Positions 57,014 through 64,000 of a DNA stretch of 64,000 nucleotides are shown here, piece by piece. Numbering within the stretch: position 1 is the stretch's first letter; every line of letters starts with the position of its first letter. Position numbers and translations under genes: made by a program. The DNA is from Oscillospiraceae bacterium (GTDB lineage Bacteria > Bacillota > Clostridia > Oscillospirales > CAG-382). Below the pieces are notes generated by a model. It did not search any database. It had not been told where the DNA came from and saw only the letters and a list, made by a program, of their open reading frames with translations. The DNA is taken from positions 4,074-68,073 of the forward strand of contig SVRF01000006.1 in NCBI GenBank assembly GCA_015064945.1. The letters run 5' to 3'.

Positions 57014-58119
57014 AAAAAATTGCAATAATCGGCGCAAACAGCTTTCAAAACAGGCTCATATTAAAGGCTAAGGAAATGGGGTACGAGACCCACGTTTTCG
57101 CTTGGCAATGCGGTGACGTAGGAGAAACCACCGCAGACTTTTTCTATCCCATAAGCATTGTGGAGAAAGAGCAAATTTTAGAAGAGTGCAAAAAAATAAA
57201 GCCCGACGGTATTGCCTCGATTGCGTCGGACTTGGCGGTTATCACCGTAAACTACGTGGCAGAGGCCTTAGGTCTTACCTGCAACGACTACAAGGATAGC
57301 ATTATCTGCACCAATAAGTACGAAATGCGCCGTGCCTTTATGGAAGGCGGCGTACCCGTGCCCAAGTTTTTAAAGGTCAGCGCCGCACCTACGGAGGAGG
57401 AGCTTGCAGGCTTTACCTACCCCCTTATAGTAAAGCCCACCGACCGCAGCGGCAGCAGGGGCATAACCAAGGTAAACGCCTACGGGGAGCTTGCGGCGGC
57501 AGTGGAAGCCTCCGCCGAACACAGCTTTGAAAAATGTGCCGTAATCGAGGAGTTTATTGAGGGGGACGAGTACAGTTGTGAGTGCGTTTCCTATAAGGGC
57601 AAACACCATTTTCTTGCCCTCACCAAGAAGTATACCACGGGCGCCCCTCATTTTATAGAAACAGGGCATAGGCAGCCTTCAGATATCCCCGAGGAATATA
57701 GGGATGGTATAATTACAAGTATATTTAAGGCGTTGGACAGCTTAAATATTAAAAACGGTGCATCTCATACAGAGTTTAAGTTGTTAACAAATGGCGACAT
57801 ACGCATAATAGAAATAGGTGCACGTATGGGCGGCGATTGCATCGGCAGTGACCTTGTGTACCTTTCCACGGGCGTGGACTTTGTTGCGGCAGTGGTGGAT
57901 ATCGCCTGCGGCAATGCCCCCGACCTCAAACCTAAGCATGCTCCTCAAAAAGCGGCTATACGCTTCTTATTTGAGGAGAAAGACCTTGCACTTATTGATG
58001 AAGCAAAGGCGGACAGCACGAAGAATATCGTACTCATAAGTGATATTGACAAGGAAAATATGGGCAAGGTTACGGATAGCTCTACACGTATGGGCTATTA
58101 CATATATACACAAGCCTAA
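57010..58119 (+). CDS. ATP-grasp domain ligase
   Basis: YPLIVKPTDRSGSRGI and E.F.EG.EYS...EIGARMGGD ATP-grasp pattern; ATGA overlap with wecE. Confidence 0.7.
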   Translation: MKKIAIIGANSFQNRLILKAKEMGYETHVFAWQCGDVGETTADFFYPISIVEKEQILEECKKIKPDGIASIASDLAVITVNYVAEALGLTCNDYKDSIICTNKYEMRRAFMEGGVPVPKFLKVSAAPTEEELAGFTYPLIVKPTDRSGSRGITKVNAYGELAAAVEASAEHSFEKCAVIEEFIEGDEYSCECVSYKGKHHFLALTKKYTTGAPHFIETGHRQPSDIPEEYRDGIITSIFKALDSLNIKNGASHTEFKLLTNGDIRIIEIGARMGGDCIGSDLVYLSTGVDFVAAVVDIACGNAPDLKPKHAPQKAAIRFLFEEKDLALIDEAKADSTKNIVLISDIDKENMGKVTDSSTRMGYYIYTQA

Positions 58120-58169
58120 GCGGCGGTATGGCCGTTTGGTATAAATTAAACACCTTTATGGAGGAAATT

Positions 58170-58535
58170 ATGGGAAAATTCGTAGTAAGAGAAACAGCAA
58201 CAGGCGTAAAGTTTGATCTGAAGGCGGGTAACGGTGAAGTTATTGCTACATCTGAAGTTTACACTACCAAAGCTGCTTGCCTTAACGGTATCGAAAGCGT
58301 TAAGAACAACTGTGTCGGCGAAGTTGAAGACCAGACCGTAGAAAACTTTGAAACCGTAAAGCACCCTAAATTTGAGCTGTATCAGGACAAAGCGGGTGAA
58401 TATCGCTTCCGCCTTAAGGCAAAGAACGGCGAGGTTATAGCAACCTCCGAAGGCTATAAGACCAAAGCAAGCTGTGAAAACGGCATAGCAAGCGTTAAGA
58501 AGAACGCTCCCGAAGCAGAAGTTACAGAAGCATAA
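58170..58535 (+). CDS. YegP-family (tandem DUF1508) protein
   Basis: Two repeats of F.L.A.NGEVIATSE.Y..K..C.NGI.SVK.N; start ATG 58170 after GGAGG. Confidence 0.75.
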   Translation: MGKFVVRETATGVKFDLKAGNGEVIATSEVYTTKAACLNGIESVKNNCVGEVEDQTVENFETVKHPKFELYQDKAGEYRFRLKAKNGEVIATSEGYKTKASCENGIASVKKNAPEAEVTEA

Positions 58536-58544
58536 AAATAAAAT

Positions 58545-58577
58545 GGACTGAGCCGACGCTCAGTCCGTTTTTCGTTT
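58545..58577. terminator. Bidirectional terminator between yegP and the convergent membrane protein gene
   Basis: GGACTGAGC-CGAC-GCTCAGTCC with T-tracts on both strands. Confidence 0.75.
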
Positions 58578-58582
58578 ATGGA

Positions 58583-59572
58583 TTAATTAAATATAGTACT
58601 TAAAGCGGCGTTGTCTTCCTCGCTTAAAAAGCGGTTGCCGTAGATAAAACCGCTTCCCAAATTGGGCTGGTATTCAAAGTCTACCCAAAGTCCGTTTTTA
58701 AGCATAAGCTTTACAAAAATTACGGTTTGCTGTTCCTTGTCAAGCTTTTTATATTCCTCACGGGCTTCGCAAAGCCAGTCGGGGTCGCCGGAGAGGTTGC
58801 TTTCTCTTACATAGGGCGTCAGCTTTGTTATCACGTCCATAACGGTGCTTATCTTTTCGGGTGCAATGACGGTGCCTTCCTTTTGCGTTTGTATAAGCGT
58901 ACCGTTAGGCACTTGTATCTCAAAGCTTATGCTTTCTATATCTTCAGCGTTTAGAGCACCTTTTACTTTAAGTACATCGGCAATGCTGTTCCCTTCTTCC
59001 GCAAAATTGTTGAACCCAAATAAACAGCAGGCGCCGTTGCCCTGTACTATTATAAGCCCCTCGCAGTTCACGGGCTTGTAATAATATACCTCACAGCCTG
59101 CAAGGCGTGGTTCTTGGGCGCAGGGAGTGCTGTCTGCCTTATCCCAAGCTCCTATCTCTTTAACCGTACCAAGTTTTTCTCCGTAGTCTGCGGAATTTAA
59201 GGTGCCGTCTGCGGTGAATTTGGCGCATTCACTCTCGCTTAGCTGTGTGTAAATTCTGTTGCCCTGTAAAATCACCTCAACGTGATGTAATTCATCCTCC
59301 GCAAACCAATCCTCGTCCGGGTCGGGCGCTGTCGCTTCAAAGGGGCAAAGCGCTATATTTTCTGTGCCTGCATCAGACGCAGACGGTGCTTTTTCAGTGC
59401 TGACGTTCTTTAACAGCAAAGCACCAACGACAGACACAAGGCACAGGCAGGCGGCAAGAGATGCGTATTTTAAAACCCTGTTTGCGGTTCTGCGTTTAGT
59501 CACAGTATCTGCCTCCTCAATATATTTGTCGTCAATATCCTCAATAATAGTAAGTAAGCGTTTGCTTTTCAT
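58583..59572 (-). CDS. Single-pass membrane protein, putative anti-sigma factor
   Basis: 4-nt overlap with the upstream ECF sigma gene; short cytoplasmic N-terminus, one TM, large extracytoplasmic domain. Confidence 0.5.
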   Translation of the reverse strand: MKSKRLLTIIEDIDDKYIEEADTVTKRRTANRVLKYASLAACLCLVSVVGALLLKNVSTEKAPSASDAGTENIALCPFEATAPDPDEDWFAEDELHHVEVILQGNRIYTQLSESECAKFTADGTLNSADYGEKLGTVKEIGAWDKADSTPCAQEPRLAGCEVYYYKPVNCEGLIIVQGNGACCLFGFNNFAEEGNSIADVLKVKGALNAEDIESISFEIQVPNGTLIQTQKEGTVIAPEKISTVMDVITKLTPYVRESNLSGDPDWLCEAREEYKKLDKEQQTVIFVKLMLKNGLWVDFEYQPNLGSGFIYGNRFLSEEDNAALSTIFN

Positions 59573-60126
59573 ATCTTAATCCCTTCCTTTTCAAGTAATG
59601 CTTTAAGCTTTTTTCTGCATCTGAACAACAGTGCCGTAACCTTTCCCTCGGTATACCCGTACATTCGGGCAATTTCGCTGACCGTACCCATATACCAGTA
59701 CCGCCGTACAAATACCCTTCTCATATCGGCGGATAAAGAGGCAAGAAAACTGTTGAGCATCTCCTTTATCTCGGCATCGTCTGCTGTTTGACCGCCGTTT
59801 TTTGCGGGGATACATTCCGAAAGCTCCTCCAGACAAAGGTCCGTCTGTCCGCCGCCCCGCCTTATTGCCGACTTCTTTTTGTAAAGCTTAAGGGCGGCGT
59901 TGCGTGTTATCTTGCCCACAAAGGTCTTTAGGTTCTGTGGGCGATGGGGCGGAATACAGTTCCACGTGTTAAGATATGCTTCGTTTACGCATTCCTCCGC
60001 ATCTTCACGGTTTTCAAGTATTCCGTGGGCAATGTTTAAGCAGTACTTCCCGTATTTATCTTGGGTTTGTTTTACGGCATCTTCGTTTCTTAGCAGATAA
60101 AGCTCCACTATTCTTTTGTCATCCAC
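59569..60126 (-). CDS. ECF-type sigma-70-family sigma factor
   Basis: Region 2 (DAEECVNEAYLNTW) and region 4 HTH (VSEIARMYGYTEGKVTALLFRCRKKL). Confidence 0.8.
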   Translation of the reverse strand: MDDKRIVELYLLRNEDAVKQTQDKYGKYCLNIAHGILENREDAEECVNEAYLNTWNCIPPHRPQNLKTFVGKITRNAALKLYKKKSAIRRGGGQTDLCLEELSECIPAKNGGQTADDAEIKEMLNSFLASLSADMRRVFVRRYWYMGTVSEIARMYGYTEGKVTALLFRCRKKLKALLEKEGIKI

Positions 60127-60267
60127 GGATTTTCACATCCTTTCGTAAAGGTCCCTTACACTATAATACACCGATTTTGTGCGGCAAATATTACAAAGCT
60201 GTTGCAAAAAAAATGTTTTTGTGATAAAATGATTACGTCAAAGCCGTTACATAAAAGGAGATACATT

Positions 60268-61077
60268 TTGAATATTAATTTTAGTGACCCTAAGTATTTA
60301 AAGCTTATAAAAAGCATTCGCTTTAAAAGAAGATGTGTTATTGCCGTAATGATTATCGCCATCCTTGCCTGTTTACCCACGTATATAAGCTTCGGTGACA
60401 AGGTGATAATAGATAAGGCGTTTTCACCTTGGCTTACCGCCCTCCTTGTTATACTTTGCGTTTTTGTGGGACTTATAGCATACGGTGCGGTGTCCGTCCC
60501 TTTGGTAACCGCTATGGATAAGGAATGCGACCCCGAAAAGCACCTTGTGTTAAACACTGCTCTGTACGGTCAGGATAAAATGGACCATATCTTTGCGGTA
60601 GATCATTTGTACTTGGGCAATTTTTCTGTTGCGTTTGATTACGCAACGCGTATGACAACAAACGCCAAGCCATCCTATGCAATTTCCGGTCATTTTAACA
60701 AAGCAAGATGTGCTTTTATGCTTGGTGATAAGGAAGGACTTAACCAAAGCACCGACCGCTTTTCAAGTTCTTTGTCCACAGCAAAGCTTCCCCAAAAAAG
60801 CGTCCTTGTCTTTGAAAAAATGGAAGTGCTTTTAAAATTAATGTGCGCTGTTGCCGATAACGACATAGAACGCATAGAAGAACTGCGTGGAAAAGCGGAA
60901 ACGTGGAGTACCTCCGTAGCTGCTACAGGATTTGTGAATTATATAAAGGGCATAGCCGCCGTAGAAGCAGATGACAAGGTAGAGGCTGTATACAGGCTGA
61001 AGCTCGTGACTGAAAATTGCCCCAAGACCGTTTTTGCAAGTCTGTCGGCAGAGCAACTTTCCTCTTTGAAATTATAA
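60268..61077 (+). CDS. Hypothetical membrane-anchored protein
   Basis: TTG 60268 lies 7 nt after AAAGGAG; two TM helices then a helical soluble domain. Confidence 0.45.
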   Translation: MNINFSDPKYLKLIKSIRFKRRCVIAVMIIAILACLPTYISFGDKVIIDKAFSPWLTALLVILCVFVGLIAYGAVSVPLVTAMDKECDPEKHLVLNTALYGQDKMDHIFAVDHLYLGNFSVAFDYATRMTTNAKPSYAISGHFNKARCAFMLGDKEGLNQSTDRFSSSLSTAKLPQKSVLVFEKMEVLLKLMCAVADNDIERIEELRGKAETWSTSVAATGFVNYIKGIAAVEADDKVEAVYRLKLVTENCPKTVFASLSAEQLSSLKL

Positions 61078-61084
61078 GCGCAAC

Positions 61085-61112
61085 AAAGATCCACCCAAAC
61101 GGGTGGATCTTT
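61085..61112. terminator. Hairpin between convergent genes
   Basis: AAAGATCCACCC-AAAC-GGGTGGATCTTT. Confidence 0.6.
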
Positions 61113-61118
61113 GCATCA

Positions 61119-62555
61119 TTACATATTGACAGAATAATCTTTTTTGAATCCGTGTGCGCCAAAGATTTGCCAATGTCCTACCCCAAGTCGCCCCATGATC
61201 GCTTTTCTCTCTTCTAAACACAATTTCGGATCAGTGTCAACAGAGGTCATAAGTATAGGAGCATATTGGTTATATTTAGCCTGTTCTGCGGTTAATCCAT
61301 GGGTATTAATATAAATATCGCCCGTAATAGCAATATGCTTTGAATAGTCTATCAGCACGATTTCTCCGGGCAGATGACCACCCTTTCCCTCGTATACTTC
61401 AAAATGTAATTCTCCAAAATTAAAAAATCCGATTTGAGTAAGAGGCTCGGTCGGGTTACCCACATCGTTCCATAACGCTGTGATCTTATCGGGATTTACA
61501 GCTTGATACGAGGTCAGTAGTTTGCAGATATTTATATACGGTTTATGAAGCGGATTTGATTCTCTGTAGCCGTTCATTCCGTGATATTCATTGTAAAGGC
61601 ATTTTGCGGTTTTTTTGCTTGTGATTATTTCATCAAATAATGGGAGCAATCCGCAATGGTCAACATCAGCGTGGGTTACAATAATTGTTTTTTTTATAGA
61701 GTCAAACTCGGGAAGAATTTTTTTAAATACAGCAAGCATTTCGTCCTTATAACAAGCATAACCGCTATCTACAAACAACACTTGGTCGTTGCTTTTAATG
61801 ACAATTGTGTTGCTTCCGCAAGGAGGTTCTATAAGCGTTATTTCCGTATTTTCGGTTATCTTATGGGTGCTTACGCGAGGGTTGAAGTTTTTCTCATTTG
61901 ACGAACCAAGTAATTCAGCAAATTTGCTAATACTGTCAAAAGTGCGGTATGGTGACAGGCCTTGCTCGTCAAGGGTTTGCATTGCAAGATTTACATGTAC
62001 TAAAAGCTCACCGCTTACTTCTTCTGAAAGCCCCATAGTTTTTGACAAGCCTAAAACGTAGGTGCTATAGAAAATGCTGTTGTCATAAATTTTTTCGGAG
62101 CTGTTGTAATCAATCACCCGAACCTTGCAAAGTTTTTGGGCTTCTTTCAAAAACTCTGAAATTTTATTATAATCGTCAACATACAATCCCATTTTGAAGA
62201 GCTGATAATCAGTTCCGTTTTCCTGAGAGCTGATGTAAGAAATATTGAAATTAAAATCGTTAATAAGTGTTAACACGTTTGTAACGCTTCCGGGAATATC
62301 TTTAAGACGAAATTCAATCAAAACAACGCTTGTTTTGTTAACGTTGCTTTGCAGATATCCGATTTTCTCAAGCTCAGCATCTGCTTTTTCTAATTGTTTC
62401 TCCGTGCCCTCTGCATCAATAAACAAGGTATGGGAATCCACCGCTTTGTTATAGCTTACACGAGTAATGTTAATTCCCAACGCAGAAAAACATTTACTTG
62501 CTTTCAAAAACGCTCCTATATGATTTGGCATAGATGTTACGTAGGTTTTTTTCAT
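61119..62555 (-). CDS. ACT-ACT-metallo-beta-lactamase-fold fusion protein
   Basis: Two ACT-like beta-alpha-beta-beta-alpha-beta units at the N-terminus, then the MBL motif THADVDHCG; start trimmed to ATG 62555. Confidence 0.6.
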   Translation of the reverse strand: MKKTYVTSMPNHIGAFLKASKCFSALGINITRVSYNKAVDSHTLFIDAEGTEKQLEKADAELEKIGYLQSNVNKTSVVLIEFRLKDIPGSVTNVLTLINDFNFNISYISSQENGTDYQLFKMGLYVDDYNKISEFLKEAQKLCKVRVIDYNSSEKIYDNSIFYSTYVLGLSKTMGLSEEVSGELLVHVNLAMQTLDEQGLSPYRTFDSISKFAELLGSSNEKNFNPRVSTHKITENTEITLIEPPCGSNTIVIKSNDQVLFVDSGYACYKDEMLAVFKKILPEFDSIKKTIIVTHADVDHCGLLPLFDEIITSKKTAKCLYNEYHGMNGYRESNPLHKPYINICKLLTSYQAVNPDKITALWNDVGNPTEPLTQIGFFNFGELHFEVYEGKGGHLPGEIVLIDYSKHIAITGDIYINTHGLTAEQAKYNQYAPILMTSVDTDPKLCLEERKAIMGRLGVGHWQIFGAHGFKKDYSVNM

Positions 62556-62577
62556 TTCGTGTACCTCGTATTTCAAT

Positions 62578-62617
62578 TATAGCCGCAGAGTGCTTACTCT
62601 GCGGCTATAATTTTTTT
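62578..62617 (+). terminator. Hairpin whose T-tract is on the plus strand although both neighbouring genes are on the minus strand
   Basis: TATAGCCGCAGAG-TGCTTAC-TCTGCGGCTATA followed by ATTTTTTT on the plus strand. Confidence 0.45.
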
Positions 62618-62619
62618 GC

Positions 62620-64000
62620 TTATTTACTCATCTTTTGCATATCGTTTTTGCGGATTTCAACACGTCTTACCTTGCCGCTGATGGTCTTAGGCAGCTCTTC
62701 CACAAACTCTACTATTCTGGGATATTTGTAGGGTGCGGTGTGGGTCTTAACGTATTCCTGAATTTCCTTCTTAAGTGCGTCTGTGCCAACGGTATTCTTG
62801 GTTAGCACTATGGTCGCCTTAACTATCTGACCACGCACTTCATCGGGCACGGGGGTGATTGCACATTCAAGAACATAGGGCAGTTCCATAATAACGCTTT
62901 CGATCTCAAAGGGCCCAATACGGTAGCCGCTGGACTTGATAACGTCATCAATACGGCCCACGTACCACAAATAGCCGTCCTCGTCCATAGTAGCCTGGTC
63001 GCCTGTGTGATAGAAACCGTCGTGCCATACCTCGTTTGTCTTTTCTTCGTCCAGATAATAACCGATGAACAATCCGCAGGGTGCGCCGTCCTTAGTGCGG
63101 ATACAGATCTCACCTGCATCACCCGTCTTACACTCGTTACCGTCGGGGTCAAGGATTACAACATCATACAAGGGGCTTGCCTTACCCATAGAGCCGATCT
63201 TAGGAGTAGAGCCTACAAAGTTAGCGATGGAAAGAGTAGTCTCTGTCTGGCCGAAACCTTCCATAATGGTAAGCCCTGTTGCCTTTTTAAATTGATTGAA
63301 CACTTCGGGGTTAAGTGCCTCACCCGCAGTAGTGGCGTACTGAATAGAGGAGAGGTCGTACTTGGAAAGGTCTTCCTTAATGAAAAATCTATACATTGTG
63401 GGAGGTGCGCAGAAGGTAGTTATGCCGTACTTCTTAAAGAGAGGAAGAATATCATCGGGATGGAACCTGTCAAAGTCATAGGTGAATACACCTGCTTCGC
63501 ACAGCCATTGACCGTAAAGCTTACCCCAAAGCGCTTTACCCCAACCCGTGTCGGAGATGGTGAAGTGCAAGCCGTCGGGCTTAACGTTGTGCCAATGCTT
63601 GGCGGTGGGGTAGTGACCAAGGGCATATTTGTAGGAGTGGGTAGCAATACGGGGATAGCCTGTAGTACCCGATGTAAACAACATAAGCATAGGGTCGTTG
63701 CCGCAGGGCGTATCTTCCTTGCGGTAGAAATGGGTACTGAAACGCTCCATTTCCACATTAAAGTCGTTCCAGCCGTCTTTTTTGCCGCCCACAAGAATCT
63801 TTATCATTTCGGGGAACTCTGCCGCCGCCTTTTCCGCTTCTTCGGAAACAACGCCGTCAGCGGTGCAAACGATGGCTTTAACCTTGGCGGCTTTGTATCT
63901 GTAGGTAAAATCGTGCTCGACAAGCTGGTTAGTAGCGGGGATGGCTATAGCGCCGATCTTGTGAAGTGCCAACATACAGAACCAGAATTGGTAATGACGC
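62620..64000 (-). CDS. AMP-binding acyl-CoA synthetase/ligase; N-terminus lies outside the window
   Basis: TSGTTGYPR AMP-binding motif, YHTGD, and C-terminal GK.RR; the frame is still open at the window edge. Confidence 0.85.
   Translation of the reverse strand, partial: RHYQFWFCMLALHKIGAIAIPATNQLVEHDFTYRYKAAKVKAIVCTADGVVSEEAEKAAAEFPEMIKILVGGKKDGWNDFNVEMERFSTHFYRKEDTPCGNDPMLMLFTSGTTGYPRIATHSYKYALGHYPTAKHWHNVKPDGLHFTISDTGWGKALWGKLYGQWLCEAGVFTYDFDRFHPDDILPLFKKYGITTFCAPPTMYRFFIKEDLSKYDLSSIQYATTAGEALNPEVFNQFKKATGLTIMEGFGQTETTLSIANFVGSTPKIGSMGKASPLYDVVILDPDGNECKTGDAGEICIRTKDGAPCGLFIGYYLDEEKTNEVWHDGFYHTGDQATMDEDGYLWYVGRIDDVIKSSGYRIGPFEIESVIMELPYVLECAITPVPDEVRGQIVKATIVLTKNTVGTDALKKEIQEYVKTHTAPYKYPRIVEFVEELPKTISGKVRRVEIRKNDMQKMSK

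Overview
64-kb chromosomal segment that looks like a spore-forming, dockerin-encoding member of the Clostridia (Oscillospiraceae/Ruminococcus-like). That taxonomic guess rests on gene content only. Most of it is core: rplU-prp-rpmA-obg, an aconitase-family hydratase, prfA, a two-component pair, rimP-nusA-ylxR-infB-rbfA-nrnA-truB, spoIIGA-sigE and rpsO-pnp. It also holds a glgBCDAP glycogen operon extended by a GH13 enzyme and a NahK-like kinase, nadE, rtcB, two tRNAs (Leu-UAA and initiator Met), and an rfbA-rfbB-wecE-ATP-grasp-yegP cassette. I saw no rRNA, CRISPR, transposase, integrase or phage genes. Many intergenic regions carry near-consensus TTGACA-N17-TATAAT promoters and clean hairpin/T-tract terminators. 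Four things are not explained by ordinary annotation. (1) A 222-223-bp non-coding element occurs twice in opposite orientations (9393-9615 and 23455-23676, about 91% identical by hand alignment). Each copy sits exactly between the stem and the U-tract of a gene's intrinsic terminator and is flanked by a 25-26-bp direct duplication of that whole terminator hairpin. The duplicated hairpin is different at each locus. (2) A 45-nt core motif of that element recurs in the 3' UTR of a lipoprotein gene (21961-22006), so a tandem pair of paralogous lipoprotein genes is bracketed by element sequence. (3) A roughly 200-nt multi-helix region (51695-51897) lies between the rtcB promoter and the tRNA operon terminator, and I cannot assign it to any RNA class I know. 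(4) An AT-rich islet of five uncharacterised genes spans 43265-47263. All functional calls come from motif recognition by eye; no database searches were run.
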